From a virus (taxonomy: Duplodnaviria; Caudoviricetes): DNA of 64,000 bases. The notes below the pieces were generated by a model. The model searched no databases, had not been told where the DNA came from, and saw nothing but the letters and a program-made list of their open reading frames with translations. This document shows, one piece after another, positions 50,694 through 59,453 of this stretch. The stretch spans positions 32,001 to 96,000 of the IMG/VR virus record IMGVR_UViG_3300010283_000005; one strand, written 5' to 3'. The position numbers and the translations under genes are program-made. The stretch's first letter is position 1; every line of letters begins with the position of its first letter.

Positions 50694-52682
50694 ATGGGTG
50701 ACAATAGAGTAACTTCAACTATGGTCGAACTGAATATGAGTAGGGGTGACCAAGCTACTCTTAGAGACTTTCTAGATACTAGTAAGGTCCTACCTATAGG
50801 TGCATTCTGCAAGACTTCTGTAGCTCAAGCTATTACAGATGCTATCAACTACTTAACTGCTAAGCAAGATGGTGGTGTCTATGTTCCAGCTGATAAATCC
50901 AATAAGGCTACTCAGATTGTATCTTCAATTGACAAATCAGGTAAGTTGAAGATCAATTATATCACTTCTAATTACCGTTATCCTATCAATAAAGAAGCTC
51001 GTCCATTCACTGGAGATGCTTGGCAGATCGGTGACTTAGTATATAATACTGACACTGATGAGAATAAATGCCTAGGATGGGTATGTACAGAAGCAGGTAT
51101 CCCTGGATCGTGGGGAGTAATCGGATTTATTAGGAGCTGGGCTACTGAGCTTGAAGAAGTGACTGCATTGCCTGATCCAGGTCCAATGCAGATCAATCGT
51201 CAGGTAGTATGTGCTGGTAGAGCTTACATCTGCAAGCTAGTAGATGGTGAGTACAACTGGTACTGGATGGACTATGCTTATGGTAATAGCAGTCAGCATC
51301 CTACTACTGACCTACGAGTAGGACTCCCTTACTACAATATACAGACAGGCTTACCTGAGTGGTGGAATGGTTCAGAATGGGTAGCAGTAGCTAAGGCTAA
51401 CCATACTCATGAAGACCTAGGTGCATCAGATACTCCTAAATATCTGACTAAGTCAGTAGAGAATACTAATGATAAGCTGATCTATCTACCTAATTCTCGA
51501 GAAGGATTCCTGTCAGTCAATTTAATCGGTAAACCTGGCATGGTAGCTAGTGAACTGAGTATCTCTTCACTAGAGAATCAGGCTAAGTTTGATGAATTAG
51601 TCAAACTCGATGATACTAATTCTAGTTATCAAGTTGATGGTGATACTCTGACCTTAGTTAAGAGTACTGACTCAACTGCTCAGATTCAAGTAGCTAAGAT
51701 TCCTATCCGAGTCAAAGCAGGAGCTCAGTATCGATGCTACTATGATCTCGAGACTACTAATGAAGCTAAAATCATCGTAGGTATGAAGAAGACTGGAATC
51801 GTAGCTTCATTCAAACCTGATGGTAGTGTCGAGTGCAACTTTGATGGTACTGAAGATACTGATGCTGAGCTAGTCTTCATGTTTGATCTTAATACTAAGA
51901 TCAATAGCATTGCTTACATAAAGAATTTCTTCTTAGTAGACATCGCTAATAAATCAGTTGACTTCGTACTTGAAGATTACATCCCAGGTCAAGAACTCAG
52001 ATGCGTTAGGAATTATGCAGCTGATGAGCTTATTGATAATGTCTTCTATAAGAGAGTAGTCGACCTTAAGCTGTATACTTATGGTGATGAGGTAGAGTTC
52101 GCAAACCAAGGTACATTTGCTAATGATGGATATTTAGTTATCCTTCAGAATCATAAGCATTCTTACTTAGGTAGATCAATGTATGTGCCTAAGGATGATC
52201 AAACTGCATCTGCAATTAAGATCAGCGGATTCAGTACTGAGGCTTATGATAAGGTACGTTTAGGTAGTACTGATGGACTCAAGATCGGAATCAGTTCTGA
52301 AGGTATGGTAGCTTACAACATTCCTAATAGTTTAGTAGGTAATTATTCTGTAACCTATTACTTGAAGTACTTAGCTGAGAAGATCAATACAGCTTCTATA
52401 ATTCCATTAGCAGAACCAGTAGTTAGTGAGTTAGTAATGTATCCAGCTCCTATTAGATGCCATACTCGTGGTGTCTTATTACTGAGTAAGTTTAATGTGA
52501 ACTTAGATATCAAGTATCCTGCTAATGCTGCTGCAGTGACTGAGATGACTGCTGATATCTTGCAGAAGGTTGCTAATCAGAGAATCAAGTACAATGAAGC
52601 TCCTCTAAGCTGGTCTGATAAGATCACTTGGGGTACAGCTGCAAAAAATAATAAGAATTGGAGAGGTGAGAAGAATGCCTAA
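50694..52682 (+). CDS. tail fibre/structural protein
   Basis: GDLVYN..GWVCT.AG.PG.W and GLPEWWNGSEWV fibre motifs; location. Confidence 0.65.
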   Translation: MGDNRVTSTMVELNMSRGDQATLRDFLDTSKVLPIGAFCKTSVAQAITDAINYLTAKQDGGVYVPADKSNKATQIVSSIDKSGKLKINYITSNYRYPINKEARPFTGDAWQIGDLVYNTDTDENKCLGWVCTEAGIPGSWGVIGFIRSWATELEEVTALPDPGPMQINRQVVCAGRAYICKLVDGEYNWYWMDYAYGNSSQHPTTDLRVGLPYYNIQTGLPEWWNGSEWVAVAKANHTHEDLGASDTPKYLTKSVENTNDKLIYLPNSREGFLSVNLIGKPGMVASELSISSLENQAKFDELVKLDDTNSSYQVDGDTLTLVKSTDSTAQIQVAKIPIRVKAGAQYRCYYDLETTNEAKIIVGMKKTGIVASFKPDGSVECNFDGTEDTDAELVFMFDLNTKINSIAYIKNFFLVDIANKSVDFVLEDYIPGQELRCVRNYAADELIDNVFYKRVVDLKLYTYGDEVEFANQGTFANDGYLVILQNHKHSYLGRSMYVPKDDQTASAIKISGFSTEAYDKVRLGSTDGLKIGISSEGMVAYNIPNSLVGNYSVTYYLKYLAEKINTASIIPLAEPVVSELVMYPAPIRCHTRGVLLLSKFNVNLDIKYPANAAAVTEMTADILQKVANQRIKYNEAPLSWSDKITWGTAAKNNKNWRGEKNA

Positions 52683-54048
52683 AGTTAATTTTGACTACAT
52701 TGGTAGTAATGAACAATTAAGTCCTGCCAAGGTCAACGCTAACTTCCAGACACTAGAGAATATGATTAACTCTGGTGAGCTAAGTGGCGGTGGCGGAGGT
52801 GGTACTGTCACGGGTTCTGAGTATGGAGTTGAATGGGATATCACTAATAAAAGATTCACTAGACTGAATAATGCATTAGGATTGTCTGCTACGCTCGGAT
52901 CCAATGGCATTGTCAGCTCAGATTTTGATAATGTCTACCCTTGGTCGGAGATGAGACGATGCAATCTAAGTGATGACGGAGTAGTCACTGCCTACTACGG
53001 AGACTCGAATTTCTCAGAGACTGGATCTAATGGTCAGGTCATGGTCGAGATTCCTAAGTTCTATTATAAGACAATTCCAGTAGCCTACACAGTGAGCAAT
53101 GGAGATGTAGTTCCTACTAAAGTACAGTTCTACATATCTGATGCTAAACTGGATGGATACTCTCTTCATCCAGCATTTATCCGAGATAATGTCATCCTTG
53201 ATTATATCTACCTTGGAGCGTATGAAGCATCTGTCTACGATGTATCAGCTGCTAGGTATGTAGCTGACTTCGGATTCGATGGTGCTAATGATATCCTCGG
53301 ATCAGTCAAAGGTCTCAAGCCAGTAAGTGGAAAGACTTCTACTTTCACTAGAGCAATTGCTCGTAATATGGCTCGTAGACGTGGTGCTGGATGGGAACAG
53401 CAGGATTTCTTATCCACTAGTGCAGTTCAGCTCATGATGTTGATAGAATTCGCATCATTCGATAGTCAGACTGATATTGGTGCAGGTGTCTCTAATAAGA
53501 CTGATGATGGATCCAGTAACATGGCTGAAAATACTGGATACACCTCTGAATTAGGTAATAAATCTGGTAATGCTGCTACTTCTAGTAGCTCTTATAGAGC
53601 AGTTACTTATCGTGGTATTGAGAACCTATGGGGCAATATTTGGGTATGGATCGATGGCATCAATATCCAGAACAGTAGCCTTGGGTATCCTTGGATTGCT
53701 GATCATGGATTCGCTGATGATATCATGACTGAACCATATCATCGGATCAATGGTAAGATTCCTGCATCTGATGGATACATCGATAAGCTTATTTATGATG
53801 TATCCAATGACTTTGCAATGCTACCTTCTTCAGCTGGTGGTGCATCAAATACTCCTGTCAACAGCTATATGTGGCAGAGAGTAGCATCTACTTCAATGAT
53901 GGTGGCTGGGCTTGGTGGTAGCTGGCTTTATGGCTCTGCTTGTGGTGGCTGGGGCTGGGGTCTGGCTTATGCCTCTTCTTATTCTGGTCGGGATATCGGG
54001 GCTCGGCTTGGATTCTACAAGAAGACGACTCATGCTCAAGCTGCGTAA
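52666..54048 (+). CDS. tail fibre/receptor-binding protein; DGR2 target with an Mtd/FGE-like C-type-lectin fold (likely start 52675)
   Basis: VMVEIPKFYY, LHPAF, YLGAYEA, YRGIENLWGNIWVW, GGSW...IGARL containing VR2. Confidence 0.9.
   Translation: MRRMPKVNFDYIGSNEQLSPAKVNANFQTLENMINSGELSGGGGGGTVTGSEYGVEWDITNKRFTRLNNALGLSATLGSNGIVSSDFDNVYPWSEMRRCNLSDDGVVTAYYGDSNFSETGSNGQVMVEIPKFYYKTIPVAYTVSNGDVVPTKVQFYISDAKLDGYSLHPAFIRDNVILDYIYLGAYEASVYDVSAARYVADFGFDGANDILGSVKGLKPVSGKTSTFTRAIARNMARRRGAGWEQQDFLSTSAVQLMMLIEFASFDSQTDIGAGVSNKTDDGSSNMAENTGYTSELGNKSGNAATSSSSYRAVTYRGIENLWGNIWVWIDGINIQNSSLGYPWIADHGFADDIMTEPYHRINGKIPASDGYIDKLIYDVSNDFAMLPSSAGGASNTPVNSYMWQRVASTSMMVAGLGGSWLYGSACGGWGWGLAYASSYSGRDIGARLGFYKKTTHAQAA
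53902..54015 (+). repeat. DGR2 variable repeat (VR2)
   Basis: Ungapped match to 54225-54338; 25 of 26 mismatches are opposite TR adenines. Confidence 0.97.
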
Positions 54049-54189
54049 TCGGTGCTAATTAAAAATTAGCATCTTTCCTATAAATTGTAGGTTATATCCT
54101 ATGAGTGACCGATGGTACTAACCATAATTGATCGCAGGTGATTTGATCACTTGTTCCATGAACCTAGAACTGCTCAGTCGCATCTATGT

Positions 54190-54220
54190 AATTTATGGGA
54201 GGGAATCCCTCCCATAAATT
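54190..54220 (+). other. perfect 15-bp inverted repeat immediately 5' of TR2
   Basis: AATTTATGGGAGGGA-A-TCCCTCCCATAAATT. Confidence 0.9.
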
Positions 54221-54224
54221 TCAA

Positions 54225-54338
54225 GTGGCTAAACTTGGTGGTAACTGGAATAATGGCTCTAATTGTGGTAGCTGGTACTGGAATCTGAATAATACCTCTT
54301 CTAATTCTAATCGGAATATCGGAGCTCAGCTTAAATTC
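54225..54338 (+). ncRNA. DGR2 template repeat (TR2)
   Basis: AAT/AAC-rich copy of VR2. Confidence 0.97.
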
Positions 54339-54525
54339 TTACTATAATATTGGATATGGTGTAGGATATGACCTGACCTCTCGGTCGAACATAAAAATAG
54401 CAGAACTTTAATCTGTGTTAGTAGGTCCTTCATTTTATGATTTATATTATACATTGATGTGGCTCGGACGCTCAGAACTGCGTAAGAATCCAATAAATAA
54501 ATACAAAGGAGGATAACCTCGAGGT

Positions 54526-55623
54526 ATGAAACGCATCGGGAATCTATACGATGAAGTATGTAGTATCGAGAACCTGCGTGAAGCACATCAGCGTGCACGT
54601 AAAGGTAAAGGATGGTACGCTGAGGTAATTGCTGTCGATAATGACTTGGATAATAAACTTGAAGAATTGTCCAAGATGATGAAAGAACACCGCTACCGTA
54701 CTAGTGAGTATACGATCTTTAAGAAGAAGGAAGGTAAGAAAGTCAGAGAAATCTGTAAACTTCCTTATTATCCTGATCGAATCGCTCAATGGGCAGTAAT
54801 GCTCGTAATTGAGAAGTATCTCACTAAGAATCTGATTATTGATACATACTCAGCAATCAAGGGTAGAGGAATTCATAAAGGTCTCAAGAAGATCAAAGAA
54901 TGCATACTTAATGATGCTGAAGGGACTAAGTACTGCTTAAAGATGGATGTTCATCATTACTACGCAAGTATTAATCATGATATCCTCAAAGCTACTTTCG
55001 CTAGATTATTTAAAGATCCAGACTTATTATGGCTGATCGGAGAGATTATCGATTCTACTCCGGGAGATACTGGTATTCCAATCGGTAATTATTTATCGCA
55101 ATGGAGTGGCAATATCTACTTGAGTAGGCTAGATCACTGGCTGAAAGAAGTTAAGCATGTCAAGTATTACTTCCGATACATGGATGACATGATCATCCTA
55201 TGTGATAGTAAAGAAACCTTGCATCAACTGAGAAAAGATATCTCTGAGTACTTAGAGACTAATCTTAAACTGAAACTTAAATCTAACTGGCAAGTCTTCC
55301 CTACTTTAGTAAGAGGAATTGACTTCTTAGGATACAGATTCTTCCGTGATTATGTATTACTGAGACAATCTATCGCTGATAAGTTCAAATCTACTATGCT
55401 TAAGATTAAGCATAAGTTAGTTACTGGAAAGTCCATCACTTACCATGACTTCTGCTCAGCTAATAGCTATAAGGGATGGCTAAAGCACTGTGATTCATGG
55501 CGAATAAGACTTAAGTATATAGTACCTATTCAACCTAGTCTAGATGACTATTATAGAAAGGAGATCAAGAATCATGGAACCAAAACGAATCGATTATCAG
55601 GTCCAGTCTACTGTCAAGCCTGA
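54526..55623 (+). CDS. DGR reverse transcriptase 2
   Basis: MKRIGNLY, PYYPDRI, GRGIH, LKMDVHHYY.SI, GIPIGNYLSQ, YFRYMDD, GIDFLGY. Confidence 0.96.
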   Translation: MKRIGNLYDEVCSIENLREAHQRARKGKGWYAEVIAVDNDLDNKLEELSKMMKEHRYRTSEYTIFKKKEGKKVREICKLPYYPDRIAQWAVMLVIEKYLTKNLIIDTYSAIKGRGIHKGLKKIKECILNDAEGTKYCLKMDVHHYYASINHDILKATFARLFKDPDLLWLIGEIIDSTPGDTGIPIGNYLSQWSGNIYLSRLDHWLKEVKHVKYYFRYMDDMIILCDSKETLHQLRKDISEYLETNLKLKLKSNWQVFPTLVRGIDFLGYRFFRDYVLLRQSIADKFKSTMLKIKHKLVTGKSITYHDFCSANSYKGWLKHCDSWRIRLKYIVPIQPSLDDYYRKEIKNHGTKTNRLSGPVYCQA

Positions 55624-56326
55624 TGCTATTGCTATGACTGACTTCGAAGTCTTTATCAGAACTAACATCTCTGCTAAAGAAGTAGAAGATGAGATGTCCT
55701 CTAGTAGCAAGAAGAAATCTACTCATACGATGTATATCTATACTGAAATTGTATATGATAAGAACGAGTACTTCACTAAGCTAGCAGAATCTACTGATCT
55801 ACCAGTAGTGGTCGATCGAGCTGCTATGTCAGATGAAGACCTAATTGCTTACCTCAAGAATTACTTCAATCAGAAGTGCGAAGATGCACTAGCAGTTGGT
55901 ATTGAAGTTGATGTACCTGACTTAGGTAGAAAAAACTTCAGCTGCAAGCTAGAAGATCAGGTCAATATCGAAGCTATAGCTAAGGGCATCACTGCTGATA
56001 CTACTGAGGTTTATTATCACTCCAATGGTGATAAATGCCGTCTGTATGATGTAGCTACCTTTGCAGAGATCACTGGTAAGGTGTTCGTATGCAAGTACCA
56101 GCAGACTGCATACTGTAATCTACTCAAATCCTATGTAGAGGGTGAAGCTACTGCGGATGAGCGTAGAACTATCGAGTATGGAGATGTACCTTCTGAGGAG
56201 TTCAGCAATGAGCTATCTAAGATCGTACTGCAAGGAGTTACTTCTACTGCAGCTAGCTTCCTTACTCCAAATGAGACTTTCAACAAAGTCATCGAGTCAC
56301 TAGTTTCTCAGTTAACTAGCAATTAA
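55544..56326 (+). CDS. DUF4376-like putative tail-fibre assembly protein (likely start 55574)
   Basis: NFSCKLEDQVNI, YHSNGDKCRLY, YCNLLKSYV, IEYG. Confidence 0.6.
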   Translation: MTIIERRSRIMEPKRIDYQVQSTVKPDAIAMTDFEVFIRTNISAKEVEDEMSSSSKKKSTHTMYIYTEIVYDKNEYFTKLAESTDLPVVVDRAAMSDEDLIAYLKNYFNQKCEDALAVGIEVDVPDLGRKNFSCKLEDQVNIEAIAKGITADTTEVYYHSNGDKCRLYDVATFAEITGKVFVCKYQQTAYCNLLKSYVEGEATADERRTIEYGDVPSEEFSNELSKIVLQGVTSTAASFLTPNETFNKVIESLVSQLTSN

Positions 56327-56345
56327 CTAGAAAGTAGGTGATAAC

Positions 56346-56813
56346 ATGCGAAATTCTTCTAAATTGTTGAAAGTACTTCTGATCTGGTTCATCCTAGGCA
56401 TGATGTACTTCACTTTAGAAGGAATTTGGAGGATACCTAAAGGCGGATACGCTAATATCGCTATGTTACCAGTAGGTGGATTGTGTGGATTATGTGTAGG
56501 TACCATCAACCAGATTCCTAAGTTCTATAATATGAAGATCATATATCAATCTATTATAGGAGCAGTAATCACAACTATCATAGAATTCATTTCAGGATTA
56601 TTCCTGAACTGCTACTTACAATTAGGAATATGGGATTACTCAAACTTGCCATTTAATATATTAGGTCAAGTATGCTTACCATTCAGTCTGATTTGGTTTG
56701 TCATCATGCCTTTATGCATATGGTTAGAAGATAAGATTCGTTACGTATTCTGGAACGAAGGTAGTAATTACTCACTGAAGTCTATCTATGTAGAATTCAT
56801 TACTCTACATTAA
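56346..56813 (+). CDS. membrane protein (CmpB/DUF1113-like)
   Basis: GGLC, ITTIIEFISG, IWDYSNLPFNILGQVCLPFSLIW. Confidence 0.8.
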   Translation: MRNSSKLLKVLLIWFILGMMYFTLEGIWRIPKGGYANIAMLPVGGLCGLCVGTINQIPKFYNMKIIYQSIIGAVITTIIEFISGLFLNCYLQLGIWDYSNLPFNILGQVCLPFSLIWFVIMPLCIWLEDKIRYVFWNEGSNYSLKSIYVEFITLH

Positions 56814-56843
56814 CTAATCATATGTATAGAAGGAGGTCAGCCA

Positions 56844-57392
56844 ATGGACAGTCTAATGAAATTGGTAGGTGATTATGAAATCGATGGAATAAAGGTAGCT
56901 ACTTTTATTTTACTGATCTCAGCAATCGTCTATCTGTACAAATTATACAAGAAAGCTAAGCAATTAATAATTGCTAAGTATGAGGAAGAAACTGAGAAAG
57001 ATAAGAAGATCAATGAAACTTATAATAGAATGGAGCAATATCAGGAGGATCAGAAGAAGTTACTAGGTACAATAGAGAAAATGCAGAGAATGCAGGAGAA
57101 ACTCTCTGAGCAGCTTCATCAGATCGATGAGAAGAATAAGAAATATGAGCTAGCCAATTCTCGAGATAGATTGCTTCAGAGTTATCGTTATTATACTAAT
57201 AGGGAGAAAAACCCTATGCAATCTTGGACTGAACTGGAGAAAGAAGCATTCTTCGAAGTATTTGGAAATTACGAGGATGCTGGTGGAGATGGATTCATGC
57301 ATACTACAGTTCAGCCTGAGATGAATAAGCTCACTGTCATTCCAATGCATGAAACTACTGAGATTGCTGAGCTCATGGCTAGCCGACGCTAA
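56844..57392 (+). CDS. lysis-module membrane protein (one TM helix plus coiled coil; holin-like)
   Basis: N-terminal TM segment; RDRLLQSYRYY...YEDAGGDG; precedes the endolysin. Confidence 0.55.
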   Translation: MDSLMKLVGDYEIDGIKVATFILLISAIVYLYKLYKKAKQLIIAKYEEETEKDKKINETYNRMEQYQEDQKKLLGTIEKMQRMQEKLSEQLHQIDEKNKKYELANSRDRLLQSYRYYTNREKNPMQSWTELEKEAFFEVFGNYEDAGGDGFMHTTVQPEMNKLTVIPMHETTEIAELMASRR

Positions 57393-57442
57393 GGTATTAA
57401 CCTAATTGGTTGATATAAATATTCAGAAAGGGAGGTCATAGT

Positions 57443-58879
57443 ATGACTAATCAGGAATTTATCGAGCAAGTCGCTAAGTATGTCAGAAAGTATGCTAAAT
57501 CTTATGGAATTCTAGTACACAGTCCTATCATTGCTCAGGCTATCCTTGAGAGTGGATGGGGTAAAAGTTCCCTAGCTGCAAAGTACCATAACTACTTTGG
57601 ACTCAAGTGTGGTAGCAAGTGGACTGGTAAGTCAGTCAACATGACTACTCAAGAGGAGTACTCAGTAGGTACACTCACTACTATCAAGGATAATTTCCGA
57701 GTTTATGATAGTATGGAGGATGGAATCAAGGGCTACTTTGAATTCATTCAGTTAGCTAGATATGCTAACCTGAAAGGTATCACTGATCCTAAGACTTACT
57801 TAGAGACTATCAAGGCAGATGGTTATGCTACTAGTAGCAAGTATGTAGACAATAACTACAACTTGATCACTCAGTATAACCTTACGAAATATGATAAGAA
57901 GGAGGATAATGCGTCTATGAAAACTAGAAGTGCAGTAGTTGCTCTAGCTCAGTCGTGGCTAGGCAAGAATGAAGCTGATGGAAGCTATAAATCCATCATC
58001 GACATCTACAATTCCTATAAGGGTACATTCCCTCGTGGTACTAAGATGTCTTACAGCTGGGCATGGTGCGCATGTACTTGGTCAGCTCTAGCAATCAAGC
58101 TAGGATACACTGATATCATGCCTATTGAAATCAGCTGCTATTATATCATCCAGAGTGCTAAGGCTATGGGTATCTGGGTCGAAGATGATGCCTATGTTCC
58201 TAGTCCAGGTGATGCAGTACTGTATGATTGGGATGACAATGGTATTGGTGACAATACTGGTAACCCTGATCATATCGGTACTGTGGAGACAGTCAATGCA
58301 TCCGCTGGTACTTTCACTGTCATCGAGGGTAATTATTCCAATGCAGTAAAACGTAGAACTATGGGCATCAATGGTAAATTCATCAGAGGATTTATCTGCC
58401 CTAAGTATGATGCTACGGGAGAAGTTCCTACTCCTAGCTACACTAAGAAATCTACTGAGGAGATCGCTAAGGAAGTCATTGCAGGTAGATGGGGTACTGG
58501 TGATACTCGTAAGACTGCTCTGACTAACGCAGGCTATGATTATGCTACAATTCAGGATAAGGTCAATGAACTCCTGAAATCTGGTGGCACCTCTACTCCT
58601 GCTAAGAAATCAGTAGATACCATTGCTGATGAAGTTCTTCAGGGTATCTGGGGTAATGGTGATACTCGTAAGAAGAAACTTGAAGCTGCTGGATACAATT
58701 ATTCTGAAGTTCAGGCTGCAGTCAATCGCAAAGTCAAAGGATCCACTAAATCAGTTACTGCAGTAGCTAAAGAAGTCATTGCAGGTAAATGGGGTAATGG
58801 ATCTGAGCGTAAGAAGAAACTCGAAGCAGCAGGATATAATTACTCCGAGGTTCAGGCTATGGTGAATAAGCTTCTCTAA
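57443..58879 (+). CDS. endolysin: GH73 glucosaminidase, CHAP and three CW_7 repeats
   Basis: AQAILESGWG, NYFGLK, GYAT; WCACTWS, HIGTV, IEGN; EVIAG.WG.G..RK three times. Confidence 0.92.
   Translation: MTNQEFIEQVAKYVRKYAKSYGILVHSPIIAQAILESGWGKSSLAAKYHNYFGLKCGSKWTGKSVNMTTQEEYSVGTLTTIKDNFRVYDSMEDGIKGYFEFIQLARYANLKGITDPKTYLETIKADGYATSSKYVDNNYNLITQYNLTKYDKKEDNASMKTRSAVVALAQSWLGKNEADGSYKSIIDIYNSYKGTFPRGTKMSYSWAWCACTWSALAIKLGYTDIMPIEISCYYIIQSAKAMGIWVEDDAYVPSPGDAVLYDWDDNGIGDNTGNPDHIGTVETVNASAGTFTVIEGNYSNAVKRRTMGINGKFIRGFICPKYDATGEVPTPSYTKKSTEEIAKEVIAGRWGTGDTRKTALTNAGYDYATIQDKVNELLKSGGTSTPAKKSVDTIADEVLQGIWGNGDTRKKKLEAAGYNYSEVQAAVNRKVKGSTKSVTAVAKEVIAGKWGNGSERKKKLEAAGYNYSEVQAMVNKLL
58445..58876 (+). 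repeat. three Cpl-7 (CW_7) cell-wall-binding repeats
   Basis: KS...A.EV..G.WG.G..RK..L..AGY.Y..Q..VN, three copies. Confidence 0.88.
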
Positions 58880-58917
58880 GCTAATTCATATATCAAATTT
58901 ATAAGGAGGTACTTATT

Positions 58918-59385
58918 ATGGAAGCAATTCAGGGTGCATTATTGGATGCAGGTGTCACTATTGCAGTAGCTCTCATCAGCTTACTTGCAATCGTAGCAGT
59001 TCTCTACATTAACAAGCTTAAGGCTAAGGTGATCGCAGAGACTGAGAAGATCAATGATCAGGCTACTCGCGACTATGCTCAGGGAGTCCTGACTAAGGTC
59101 ACGGATGCCTTATCGATCGCAGTCGATAAGATGGAATCCACGATGGTCAAAGAATTAAAGGGTAAATCTTCTGACGGTAAGCTCACTAAGGAGGAGCAGA
59201 AGGAGATTGCTGACCAGGCTAAGAAACTAGCAAATGAAATTCTAGGTACTGACATGAAGAACTTGCTAGTAGGCATCATTGGTGATTCTGAGAAATATGT
59301 GGATGCTCAGATTGCATCCCTAGTCATTCAGAAGAAGAATGAGCTACTAGGTCAGACTGAGGATAATAGCTCACTCAACAGCTGA
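58918..59385 (+). CDS. holin (LL-H-like)
   Basis: One N-terminal TM segment; DGKLTKEEQKEI; follows the endolysin. Confidence 0.65.
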   Translation: MEAIQGALLDAGVTIAVALISLLAIVAVLYINKLKAKVIAETEKINDQATRDYAQGVLTKVTDALSIAVDKMESTMVKELKGKSSDGKLTKEEQKEIADQAKKLANEILGTDMKNLLVGIIGDSEKYVDAQIASLVIQKKNELLGQTEDNSSLNS

Positions 59386-59411
59386 GCTACTCTCTAATCA
59401 TAATAAGGTAT

Positions 59412-59453
59412 AAAAATGGGGTAGGATCCTACAATGGGTCCTACCCTGTTTTA
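59412..59453. terminator. bidirectional terminator between convergent genes
   Basis: AAAAATGGGGTAGGATCC-TACAAT-GGGTCCTACCCTGTTTT. Confidence 0.8.

Larger units (their letters stand above)
53902..55623 (+). mobile_element. diversity-generating retroelement DGR2 (VR-TR-RT, no avd)
   Basis: VR/TR pair plus adjacent RT. Confidence 0.95.

Noticed and set aside
54326-54598. 90-aa minus-strand ORF between TR2 and RT2 as a possible avd
   Set aside because: It is antisense to the DGR RNA and RT start, with no Avd-like features and no clear RBS
41275-55623. RTs as group II intron, retron or Abi RTs
   Set aside because: Both are short, lack maturase/endonuclease domains and have adjacent adenine-specific TR/VR pairs
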